DNA of 62,634 bases, the filler included, from Choristocarpus tenellus KU-1152 (taxonomy: Eukaryota > Protista > Phaeophyceae): the NCBI GenBank assembly GCA_964200185.2. It is 13 parts of 13 records of this genome, joined end to end, with 100 filler letters (N's around TTAATTAATTAA, not from the genome) between each part and the next. Parts side by side here need not be neighbours in the genome. Positions count along the whole stretch, not along the records: positions 10,739 to 17,211 come from CAXNAD020008065.1; positions 17,312 to 20,205 come from CAXNAD020023842.1; positions 20,306 to 30,908 come from CAXNAD020002840.1; 10 more parts are not named here. The stretch is one strand, 5' to 3'. Below the pieces are notes generated by a model. The model did no database searches, was not told the DNA's origin, and saw only the letters and a program-made list of their open reading frames with translations. Position 1 is the first letter of the stretch; every line of letters starts with the position of its first letter. Of the stretch, positions 10,956-23,112 are shown piece after piece. A program made the translations under genes and the position numbers.

Positions 10956-13900
10956 AGGTAGGATGAAGAGGGGACACGGGTTTGCACGCTGGTTACAAGG
11001 TACAGTAAGTATGTGTCGCCCTTTTTGCCAACTTAAGCACACTTCATTCATCGTAGCAGTGGTCATATTCCTGTTGGAAAATCACTTCACACCTTGCTCG
11101 TCCCAACCCCAAATGTGGCCTTGTGTCCTATGGGAAGGGAAGGAAGAGGGAGGCTGATTGGAATTATTGTTCACTACAGGCAAGAAGAGAGGAATAACTA
11201 CACAGCACTTCATACCTGTCCCATCGACTTGACCCTCTCCATCCCCTCCACAAAGGAAGCCTTATCAAAGCTGTAAACCATACTCAAAAGAGAGTGCCCA
11301 ATTAACTCTTCCGTATTGAGCTGTGTTCATCGTGTCGTCACCATTGGGAAGCGTGCAGGGGAGTGAGTGAGGGGAAGGGAGCTAATGAGAGGGGTGTGAT
11401 GTGGGGGTGGGTAGTTTGTTAGTACATATCATAAAAATCGAAGCACAAATACAAGTAGGGAGGTAGTTCTTGAAAGAGGTATAGATGGGGTTGATGAATC
11501 CGTACACTGCCCATCAAACTCCAAAAAACCAGCTTCCCTTTGATTCCTCTAACCCCAAGAAATCAAAATTATATTCACACATTTTTGCATTTTTTTTAAA
11601 CTACTTTCCCAGGAAAAAAAAAGCACCCAAAAAATGTGTGTCCTCTCAAATCCTCAACTCCACCTGAAGGCATTTCTTGAAGCCTGAAGAGGCGTAGGTG
11701 AAGGTATATCCTGAATCAAGGGCATTTGTCGACAGGAGGTCAGCAGATTGCTCCACCACCTTTCGAAACACCCGCAGGTCATCTATTTCTTTCTTTAGCT
11801 CCTCCTGCAGTGTGGCAAACAATAGGACAAACACAAAAAGGGGGTTTTGAACAGCAGGGGTTGGGTCATGCACAAGACAGTTGGAGAGTCAAGGTCATCA
11901 CCTACAGAAACAAGAAACAAGAGGGCTTTCCATGTCGACTCTATAGCCACATGTGATGTGCTTCGGAAGAAAGCCAGCCTGACCAGACAATACAAACAAT
12001 GGGATTGATGAGAAACATTTCATAAATTGCCTTGGATAAAAATTCGTTTTTCTTCCAAGCGCGTGCGTACTGCATCAAATAATATCCTTGTTCATCCAAT
12101 GCTTCCAGAAGCACATCCTCTGTTGTTTAAGACTTCATTCTAATATCACAAGCATGTACATAGTGCATTGCATCTCACACTACAGATAAAAACAAAGAAG
12201 AAATGGTCGAAGATGACTGCTACCCACAGGGTGGGCTAAACCTATCCAGAGTCTTTTCTTCAAGATCCCTCAATCTCACCCGAGACAACCCCCAAAACAA
12301 CTAAAAAAAAGTCTATAGTCAGCGTATGCACATCAAAGAGTGCAAGTCAAGTCTACATTCACGTAACCTCCAGCTCTCCTACTCTCCATTTCACAAAACT
12401 CTCCTCTACCAGACCTGTCCCACTGACCTCTTCCCTCTTCTTCTTGAACCTCCAGTTCCGGCTATACTCCTTATTCCGCTCCTTGTACCATGGCTGCTTC
12501 CAGTACGGCTTACGCTGCTTGGGCGGCTTGCCATTCGCATCAAACTCCAAGGGGTCCTGCTCTTGCTCCATGTCTCCCATCATACCCCCCTCCCCACCAG
12601 CGGCCATGAAGTCCATTGAGTCAAGTCCAGTCATCCCCCCAATCCCAAATACAGAATCAGTCGCATCAAACCCCCCCAGAAGAGGCGTTTGCTCATCCCT
12701 TTGGGACAAACCTGCTGCAAATCCTGCCCCAATGCCATCTTGTGCCCCCTTAGACCCGGATGTCATTGATGCTGAAGAGTTGTTTATCTTTATCACCTTC
12801 TGCTCCTTGAAGGAAGTACTCTGCGAAAAGCAAGAATGGAAAACAAGACCTGAGCTCAATGTTGTGACAAGGTAGGTGTAAGAAGCATGGGCAGAAGTAG
12901 TACTACCCAAAGTAGTGACTTGCAGAGTAGAAACTGTCGAATATATGATGAACTTAACACAGCTTCATTTGCTAGACAGGGATGCACAATTAGAATCATA
13001 CATGAAACAGCAATTTAAACACTCAACCCTATTCTGAGAGAATTTTGAAGGAGAGGGGACACTGTGCTGCTCACCATCTCTGTCTTCACAACGATTTTTC
13101 CCTCTGAGCAACCCACATCCACCTTGGCAACCCCTTTCAGGCTGCCATTGTCTCCACCACTCCCATCGACATCATGACCACTATCCACAGCAGTATTGAT
13201 CCTACGTCGTTTGCCACTCCCATTTCCTCCCCGACCCTCAGACACTCTCCCCTTTCCACTGCTCACTTGACTACTCGAACCAGCATGCTCGTCTGTGTAA
13301 CTCCCCTCTGACGACTCCGTTTCCGATTCGCGGTCCGTTTCATCCGATCCTGGTCCGCAGCGACCCCTCTTCCCTCCCTTCTTAGCTACTCCCTTCCCAT
13401 TGTTATATTTGGGGCGCTTACGTTGCCTTTCGCCCCCGCCTTCACTCGGTTCTCCGTGTCCACTGCTGCTGGAGCTACAAGTCGAGCTGGCTGAGCTGTC
13501 ACCTCCAAACCAACTCTTTTCGGAGGAACTATTTCCATTGCCACCCGATAACCCATCCTTGCCTATCTGACCGAACCCGGCGACAGCTTGAGAGAAGGGA
13601 TCGACAAGGCGTCCCTGTAGTTGCTGCTGCTGACTCGAAGACGCAGAAGTTCTCTCCTCAATATCCTGACTCGCATTATTGATTGTGGCGTGACTCTTTG
13701 CCATTCCCACAATCTGTCCCAAGCCTTCACCTTTCCCAACATCCGACACCTTCCCTAATGTACCAATATCCCCAATACCACTACAGAATCCTGTTTTTCC
13801 CTGTCCCTTGGGTAACGTCTGATCGAATGTCAAGCTCTGTCCCGGCTCCTTGCTGATACCCTGCTGCTGTTGGGGTTGCTGTGTCAGGTAGTTATTGGGC

Positions 13901-14576
13901 GCTTGTGGGTACATCGGAGGACCCCATAACCCTGTAAGGTCGGTTGTTGATGGGGTAGTGAAGCCCTGGGCTTGCTGCATTGCTTGCTGGATCTGAATAG
14001 TTAGTTGCATGTTTGGATCAACGCGATCTGCCCCGTGAGAATATCGAGCGAAGGCAGATACAGGGAGGCATTAGAGGAGATATACTCAGGTCTACTTCAG
14101 CTGCAATTCCAAAAATACGGACCAAAGAGGAAGGAGGAAGATGTCTAACTCAGGGCTAAGGAAACAGATCGGAAAGAATATGGAGAAAAAACCTGCGAGG
14201 TTTCAATCTCACCGAATAATCCCACGTTGAGTTCCCCTTGACCCTGAAGCCCAAAGAAACCAGGAACCTGAGGGGGCTGACCCAGCATCATATCCAATCC
14301 TTCGGGATACATTGCAAACTCAACCCCTTCAGTCGAGAAGGGTATATCCCAGCAGTTTTCCGCAGCATATCGTCCCACTAGATTGGTTGTAGTAGACACA
14401 GGTCCCAACCTAGTGCCAGTACCAGTACTTGTACCAGCACCCCCACCACCACCAGCACTACCACCAACCCCAGATATCATTACCTGACATCCTTGCTGCA
14501 TACCAGTCTTTCTTTTCCCTTCAACATCATTTTCCGCACCAGGGTCTCTTCCCACAGAGTCACCCATGTCCTGCAT
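10781..14576 (-). CDS. bZIP-PAS transcription factor (3' end may run into the gap)
   Basis: Exons 14576-14213, 14027-13075, 12820-12428, 11804-11664, 11320-11216, 10885-10781, all GT-AG and phase-consistent. Basic/zipper KERNKEYSRNWRFKKKREE|EELKKEIDDL, then PAS/PAC FRKVVEQSADLLS...FTYASSGFKKCLQ|LNTEELIGHSLLSMVYSFDK...|..YRIVHPNTGTIYVIETTWRV..GLVGFSK. Confidence 0.88.
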
Positions 14577-17120
14577 CAACCTTTCCTAGGCCTCTAGTAT
14601 TATTCAAGTGCAATTTGGTGTTGTAATGGAACGATGATTATGGCCCAGGAAACCACCCGTTGTTACCTTTTACCAACCACGGCTTACCAACTGTTTCACT
14701 TTTAGACCACAAACGCAACCGTCGAAGATCTAACCACAACACACACAATGCATTGATTGTGTGGGATATGATTACAACACCTTGCCCCCTCTGGTTTGGG
14801 TGTGGCTAAACTCTTCTCTTCTACGCCTAAGGTGTGTCGTCATATCTTTAGTGCCACGTTTGCATGGACGCAATCTGCTAATCTGTCCGTATGGAAAGAT
14901 GGAGTCGCATAAAAAGTCAAAATAACCACCACAGTAAGACTCTATTATAGTTGTGATATGTTTTAGACTAATATCAGATATAAGAGTTAATGAAAAAAAT
15001 TATGAGTCATGACTTACTCTTGAATAAGTGTCGGTTCAAACTGACGGTAAAGCCACATGGCCCCGAGCACCAATCAAAATTCAGTATACTCCTCATGGTC
15101 AGAGAAAAGTAATTGAGTCAGCATTGATGTTCACATTAGCCCAAACCTGTGGTCGAAAGGTAGAAGCAACAAATAGTAAAATATATATGAAATATATACA
15201 AATTTTCTAAAATTTCCATAAATACATAAAAAAAAATGCTTGTTAAATACTACCTTTTGTACACCAAAGTCGTTATATTTTTATTTCTTACTAGTATGTG
15301 AGCGAGATGTTACAGACTTCCACATTCACACGAGAAATCACGCGCAGTACGCATTTTGTGATCGATATGAGTTAGTATGATGTAGTGTGGGTTAGGTGCA
15401 TGACCCCATTGTTGTAACCCCGACATGAACATTGGATTCAAACCATCAAACCGAGGAATTGTATTTTCTGTTAGAACTGGTCACGACCAATTACATGTTC
15501 GCATGAGGAGATGCTTTGAAGTACTCTACACACCAAATAAATGTTTTAGTACACATACATGAAGAACTATGTACGTAACAAGATTAGTGATGGATCAGAA
15601 AATTATGGATAGGTCTCACTCTTTCCTGTTAACTTAATAAAGCACATTCTACATCATACCTTCTTGGTAAAGTATCACGCTTTTTGGGAGCGTGCGAACA
15701 TCACAGTGGGGAATGATCAACATGCTACTCTGAGGCTCTCAATGCACGCTCAGCATGTGTCAGCCCCATGTCTCGCTTCTTTCCTAAACCTCATCTCTGA
15801 TGGTTCTAATAACCCTCATCACACAGAACATGGCCGCATAGCACCTATGGTATTGTAATAAGATGTTGCCCCACCTACTAACACCACCAGAATCATCTCT
15901 CCTAAATACTCTACAGTAGTTTTCTTGGCCAACCCACACCAATACCACCACAATCACAACCTCTCCTGAATAATATTTAAGTAGTTTCTTTTGAGGTTCA
16001 CTCTTTTTTTAATTTTCTTTCTTCTCTTCATCTTCACTTTTTGGGTGTTTTGGTTATGGTGTTTTTATCATATTACTTCTATTCTTCCTTTCATTTTTTT
16101 GCTTTCCTTATTATCCATCCTTTCTTCTTTTCTCAAGCGGTGTGTATTGCCTTCTTCGGAATACCTTTATGAACCACATCTCTGGGATCCCTCAGACTAA
16201 TAATGTTGTGAACGCAGAAAATTTTGAATTTAGAGTCGCTCATTAAAACCCAGGTGACACTTCGTCGAAACTGATCATTTTTTCCATTCAGTTCTATGAG
16301 AAGGAACGATAACAGAAAATTCTCATGTATGGCATAATCTGCTGTTATTAAAGAGCTTGTGACATGAGGACCAGTCTAGTATCATACCGTGCACGTGTGC
16401 GCTCTGTATGCATTTTAATGTTTGTATCAACCTCACTCTATGACTATGATGATACCCGTTGTTTGTTTTGTTATAAGCCCATACATTGTGTGTGAACATG
16501 TGAGTGTTGTTTTGTGTTCCACAACTATCACCGACACCTACTGCAAGTACTACAACTACTATCACTGCCTCACTAAATTCACTGACAGCTGTATACACCT
16601 TATTACTATTACCTGCACTTTCTCTTTTATCCTCTGTGCCCCTCTTCCGGCTTTGCTGTCGCGGTTGTCAATGGTATTATTACTCCTAACGTTTCATAGT
16701 CAATGATCTTTGCTTCGTTGTTAAATGTGTATTACTAGTAATGATTATGACTTTGCTAAATACAGTAATAATACTGTATATTGAGTGAAAAATCGATATC
16801 ATTAGTAGTGCTATTTCCGTCATTGTTGTAGAAAAGGATGAACGCGAAAACGAGTAAAAAAGTGAGGAAGAACTAGTAACGGCATCGCCTGGAGCAGTAG
16901 CAGTGGAACTGAATGGCTGTAATGTTGAGAGCTAAAATAAAGGAGAGACATTCAGGTTTTGGCCATTTTGCAACTTAAGCCACTTTGTTCATCATTTTCA
17001 ATTCACTCTTTTTTCCATGGATGACGTGCTAAATTGACTTGAAAGCACTGATTTCTCTATTGTTTAGAAATTTTGAACAGATTTAAGAAAGCTCCCTATA
17101 CGAATTGTACAAAAAGCCGA

Positions 17121-17211
17121 GGGTCAAAGTATCTTGGGGGGGGGGGGGGCGGCGTCCGTTTTTTACCCTTTTTTCGATTTTCACTTTTTTGGTGTGGATT
17201 GGTCGGACAGG
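17121..17211 (+). mobile_element. MITE family B-like terminus at contig end
   Basis: GGGTCAAAGTATCTT(G)n CGGCGTCC. Confidence 0.6.
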
Positions 17212-17641
17212 NNNNNNNNNNNNNNNNNNNNNNNNNNNNNNNNNNNNNNNNNNNNTTAATTAATTAANNNNNNNNNNNNNNNNNNNNNNNNNNNNNNNNN
17301 NNNNNNNNNNNGGGGACGAGGGAGGGGACGAACACAAAGGAGGGGACGAAGACGAGGGAGGGAACGGACTGCCAGACAGGGAGGATACGGGCGAAGGGGG
17401 TTCTGTCTGCAGTGTTCCTGGTGCGGAAGAAGAAGAAAACGGCCATGGAGGGTGGAACGCGGGCGTTTGCTGTACTGAATGCAATCCTCCACCTACGTCT
17501 CAGTGAGTAATGTAGTTGTAACGGTCGGTGCACACGAGGGCGGAGTGTAAATAATAGATTCAACAATAGGTTTCCATCCAATCCCCCGCACGGAATGATA
17601 CGTTGTATCTTTTCAGCGGCGCACGCCATTGAATCCATGGT

Positions 17642-18253
17642 ATGTTGCGGGGTCCCTCTATGTGCGGCACTGCGGTCAGTACGCCCACGTCTTTTTATTT
17701 GCCACTGTCCGATTGTGTGTTAATGCATGTACATCACCGACTGTTGTATCTCACCGGTACTACTTCGTGCTGTTTTGGGCGGCCAATTTCGTGGTCCTTC
17801 GTAACTGTGGATCCCCGACCAATTAATGATCTGGAAAAGTACTATCCTGTCTGTTTAACGCTCTGACTCGATGACACGAACGAAAGGTATTCATGCCCAA
17901 AATGCTCTATCACGCATATGGGCGAATGTACCTACACGGAGATTATAGACGACGAGAGGCACAAGGATCAATTATGTATCAATTGCCCCATGGCACAGGA
18001 GGGCTGTGAAGGGTCTGGATCGGTGGGGAACGAAGCGGCGGGTCGGGGCAGGGGCAGGGGCGGGGGCAAGGGCAAGGGTAAGACTCATGCAAGGAGCGCA
18101 GACGGGTCAGTCATGACGCAAAGCCTTTTACGTTCCCCCTCACGCACAAAACGGCCAGCATGGAGAAGTTCATGTGGGTCTCGGCGTGGTTGCACATTAT
18201 ACAGACACACAAGTCGTCTCTGCGTGTTCGGTTTCGCATTGGTTTGCACATAA
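17642..18253 (+). pseudogene. Disrupted ORF with PHD-type (C4HC3) zinc finger
   Basis: ORFs 17642-17866 and 17918-18253 share a frame; read through one TGA: YPVC-x10-YSCPKCSITHMGEC-x14-LCINC, then a GR/GK-rich linker. Confidence 0.5.
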
Positions 18254-19944
18254 TAGGTCTTGGCTGCTTGTACATCATGTGGATTGCTCGTCCTTTGTGC
18301 CTTGGATGTGTCGCTTTTTTGGAGGTTTCCATGGGCCATGGAACTTAGTGTTTTGACGTCTACCCTCCTTCCACGAGATGTATCTGATGAGTCTGTCATT
18401 GTGGAGGGTACGGCCTGACATTTTGGAGATGCCGTGGAAATATTGTCAGGACCTCACTTAATGAAAATATTGCCTGCACCGTAGCTTACTACACTGTCCT
18501 TCTTGTCGTGCTGTCTGTCTACTGTGTCGTGTGTCATGATGTCCAAGCAGGAGTGAGAACACTGCACTACACGACCTTCACCCTCTCGACCCTACGGCAC
18601 CCTTAGACGACCTGAAAGATTTCGCCTTCCGCAACGCGCCAAAGCTCGTCATAGTGTCCATTGCCGCCGAGCCAAGACTCCTCATCGACGAAGAGGCGAC
18701 CAACACACACCTGCGCGAGTTGCTTCAGTGCTTGCAGCATAAGATGCATCTTCAGGGCACCATCGCGCTCATTGTGCCCCACCCGTGGATGGCGCAATTA
18801 CACCGCCTAAGCGGTGAGTTGCAGAGTTCGCAAGAGCTGGAATATGGGGTATATTTCGGGAGACTGATGCGATCCGCCATGGCCGTTATCATTCCGTCCG
18901 TGTGCCGATCGAATATTGTGCGACCGTTGAGGAGATGCGGATTAGGTCGTGCATATTACTTTTTCGCTTTCCCATGTTGTTTCATGTCCTTTGTACCTTC
19001 TACTTCCTTTTGTGTCGCTTGCTCTTTCCCCCGGGTCCTTCGTAGTTCTTTGTTTCATTGTCCGCGAATCGTATGCTGGTGTTACTCGTCTTCACTACAT
19101 TATTTTTGCCATATTTACTTCTATTATTACTTAATTTCCTATTGTTTGCATTTTTTGCATTGGTTACTTGCCTTGCGTTCCACGCTCATGGTACTATTAT
19201 AATGTTAGTGGTATGAGATTTCATGAATCCCTACGATAACTACTTGTGTTATGTCACTGTCAAGTTTGACGCATGCCGGTCCCACGCGCTCGCTCCCGCC
19301 TTCTATTCATTCAGAGGCTCTTATGGCGTTGAAGGTGGGCTTCATTGTGGAGGATCATCCCCTAACCCTAATATACAAGACGAGGGGGGGGGCGCCCTCA
19401 ATTAGATGCAGATAACCATCTCAGATGTTGTCAGGACATTATTATTCTCGCGCACAACGATGGGACAACGTTCACATGCAATAAGCGAGTCACCGTCGAC
19501 GACATCTTTGGCCACTGGCATGATGCATCTCCTCCAGTGCTCCAAACCATGTTGGACGTCAAGTACGAAGGTGCTGCAACGGACATCCCCATGAAGGCCC
19601 TCCACTTCCTCGTTAACAGGTTCATTAATAACGTCACACACATCCTTCTTCACAGAAACAGCGATTTTTTTTTGTATAGGTGTAGGAGATCGTTAAACAG
19701 TAACACAACGAGCTGGGTGACGGTTCAGGGGCGTCAATCCATCCCACGAGTTTGTTTCCCGAATTGGTACGTTAAGCGTCAAAACGCACCAAGAGTGTGT
19801 TGCCCTGTATCGGAACGTTACTCATACATTGCGACATGATGAATCGGTGCACAACACAATATACTCCATAGGGATAATTGACGAACTGCCCTCCCATGAT
19901 AGGTACACGAATGCTGGGGACACCGTCGTCTCCTACAGCGCAGA

Positions 19945-20194
19945 GAGCCAAAGTATCTTAGAGGGTAGAGCCGCGTCCATTTGAGGGCTAAAATGCAATG
20001 CTGCAATTTTGATGTAATTTTGGCTATCGTGTCTGTTAGGAAGTATCAATATCCATGTTACGGACACACATTTTCATAGGGTACACACTTTCCCTACTCT
20101 GAAGCATTTTGGAGTAGTAAAATGTCATAAAAGAACCCATGGGAAGCCAAGCCCCAAATGGACAAACAGGGCAAAACTCATACCCCCTAAGATA
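19945..20194 (+). mobile_element. MITE family A
   Basis: GAGCCAAAGTATCTTAGAGGGTAGAGCCGCGTCC ... CAAAACTCATACCCCCTAAGATA. Confidence 0.85.
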
Positions 20195-20874
20195 AGTATC
20201 AATATNNNNNNNNNNNNNNNNNNNNNNNNNNNNNNNNNNNNNNNNNNNNTTAATTAATTAANNNNNNNNNNNNNNNNNNNNNNNNNNNNNNNNNNNNNNN
20301 NNNNNACATAAATTGAGTTTGAAAGAAAAGAAAGAGGAGGAGTTGGGAACTTTGCCAGGGGAGCAGGAGGGGGGGGGGGGGGGGGGGGGGGGCATCTGTT
20401 TAGCTCTCTCGCTGTACAGCACAACCCTGTGTTTTGCAAAAACTTCAATGTGCACACACGACCTGTGGAGAGACAGGCAACAAAAAAGGGGGGGCGGGTA
20501 GCACACGCTGCAAGAATGGTGGCAGCAGCAGTGAAGGAGAGAAAAAGAAATCAGAAACACATCGCGTTGCTCGCCATTCATACTGGAGAGAGATGCTAAT
20601 AGTTAGTTGTCCACGGAGAAAGCTGGTACTGAGAGGAGAGAGGAAACGACCTCCCCAGGATCGAGGGTAAGGATACACTCACCACCTTCATTCAGCAAAT
20701 CAGCACATTTGGAAAGTAACGAGTGCAATACATGAGACAACTCAAAAGCTCGGTGGACGTGTATGAACTGTATGTATTTGGGAGTGAAAGCTCCGTCCAC
20801 TCGTTGGGGGCATCCATTGGGCAAGGATCAGGGACAGGATCCCCTCCAGCCACCCTGCAGCTCTCCAGCCTTAC

Positions 20875-22958
20875 CTCCAAGGCCATCAGTTGGTCAATTC
20901 CCGGCCAAATCCCAGCAGATATCGTGGCTGAAACCCCAGCCTCCTGTGCTGCTGGCCCCAAATCCTTGGCCACCTGTGCTAGTCGAGCATCGTCACACAC
21001 ATCGACATAGTTCACCTGTCCCAAAAAAAGAGGGTCGCCGCAAAGTGAGGACTAAAGCATTTGATGCGTAAAATAGGGAATTCTCGGTACTGTTGGGTTC
21101 ATTTGAGCTGCAGCTGACACCCCATTACGAGACCCTGCGGGGGACAGCTTCGAAGTCAGTGGGATAGGAAAAAGTGGTTTGAAAAGGTTGGAGATTGGGG
21201 TCAAGTTTCAAGTTTCGAGTTTCGACACTGGCGAGAGGTTTGCAGGAATTGCTCCAATGAGGTTGCCCTCACAAAAACATCGCTCCCCATCCCACTGCCT
21301 ATTCACCTTGGCTTTGATCGCCGCCTCCAGGACTTCTGGGTTGCGCTTCCGTTGGAAGGGCCCTGCCGTGTTGACGACCAGGTCACAACCATGTAAAGCA
21401 GTAGCCAGCGAGTTGCTGTCATCGAGATCGAGGGGGGTGAAGGCCACATCGGAGTAGTCGTGGACCTCGGTACCTTCTCTCAAGGTGCGCCAGCGCTTTC
21501 AGGTTGGCATGTTGTATGTGGCATATTGTATGTGGCATATTATATGTGGGAAGAGTACGGTAAGGAGTGATGGGGCAGATGTTGAGGTCGGACATTTGAT
21601 TGAAAGCGCGAAGACAGAAAAGAAAAGGATAACACAGCTGGTTCAAGTTGATGTTGTTATGAGATGTGGGAACTTGGTAGCTCGAGGCCAAGGGGCTGCA
21701 ATGGTGGAAACACAGAGAAATCACCGGCAGAGGAGCCAGCAATGAAAAATTCAATCTGACCTCCGTGCTTCTGCGGAAGTTGTCCTGACTTCGCCCGCCA
21801 ACCACCAGCTCCAAGCCAGGCCCTGCTAGCTGGCGGAGAGCCCTGACAGTGCTACCACCCACCCTACCTGAGTTGCCGCATGAGGTGGAAGAGCGGATAG
21901 TATTTGTTTTGAGACAAGTTGCCATGGAGCCTTTTCGTCAGTGGGAATCCTCAATACTGCACTGCCAACAGTAGAACTGCATAGAGCAGCGGGTGTTTCG
22001 TAAATGTCGGTAATTGGAGATTTTTGTCCTAGTAAACAAGAAAAGTGCATCTGAGGCTTAGAGTGATCCTCTGCTCCATCTTGATTAGTAAAAAGTCTCA
22101 TTTCCATCTTGACTACGAGCAGCGTCATTCCTCTGTTGCATCCCCGCACGACTGCCCTGCCAACCCCTCGAAACACATAGAGGGGGAACAGAATATCAAC
22201 CTCCATGGTGCACTCCATCTGAGCCCCATACCCATTTCTTCTTGGCTCGTACTCCTACCTGGCAACCAGATCCTCCCCGCATCATCTTGGGGAACTGAAA
22301 CGACATTATTCATAACAAAAAATACGTAACTCTACCAGGTCCCGACCTCGATCCGAGGTAGGAGCCAGGGTTCGGATCATGGAGGGGACAGGTGTGAGGG
22401 CAGTGGAAGTTATTTGGGGATCCATAAAGGAGAAGCTTCTGAAAGAGAAGAAGGATGCTGTGGGAACTAGTTCCCTCTCCTGCTTCCACTACCCCATGTA
22501 CTAAATTGTACCATTACAGCGAGCTGGCGGGGAGTCCAGATAGTGTTATCACCAACCTACCTGAACCACCAATAACAATCACTTTGCCCGTCAGACCTCT
22601 GTCGTTGTTACCAGATGAAATGGCAGTTGCTGATCCCGATAAATCGATACCTGGTCTGGCGTGGGGATAAGAGCAAATGCAAGTTTTGAATGGAAGATCA
22701 ATCGTATCTGAAAATGTGAGCAAAAGATTCATCCACGAAGTTAGGCACACATGGTCAGCGAGGAGATATATAGCACATTAAAGGCAATTCACGAGAGTAC
22801 CGCTAAAGGCGACATGTTGATCTCTCCCTCTCTCTCTCACACCTGGTTGACATGACCTGACATTTCCTTCCGCCAGAATGCAAGTTACATGGACCACGAA
22901 AAGCTGTAGCTGAACCTATCGCTATACATGCAAGCAGAGCCACACCATAGCGACGCAT
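20875..22958 (-). CDS. Saccharopine dehydrogenase-like NAD(P)-binding oxidoreductase, plastid-targeted, 3'-partial
   Basis: Exons 22958-22843, 22655-22561, 21867-21761, 21495-21307, 21015-20875. Signal peptide ending ..SATAF; Rossmann KVIVIGGSGRVGG; VVGGRS; DLVVNTAGPF; VNYVDVCDD; SAGIWPG. Confidence 0.9.
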
Positions 22959-23112
22959 TGTGGGTGCCACGATCCTTGTTCTTCCTACTTCACACACCAA
23001 CCCAGTCTGTTCATGATGATAACAATGTGGTTCAACTCAGGGTTAGGGCTTGATGTTTAGGATTTTGGTGTGGATTATGTGTTAAGTTTGAGAAACTCAA
23101 AACCTTGCGAAG
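22959..23112. promoter_or_regulatory. Probable compact bidirectional promoter
   Basis: 154 bp between divergent ATGs at 22958(-) and 23113(+); contains AGGGTTAGGG near 23038. Confidence 0.55.
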
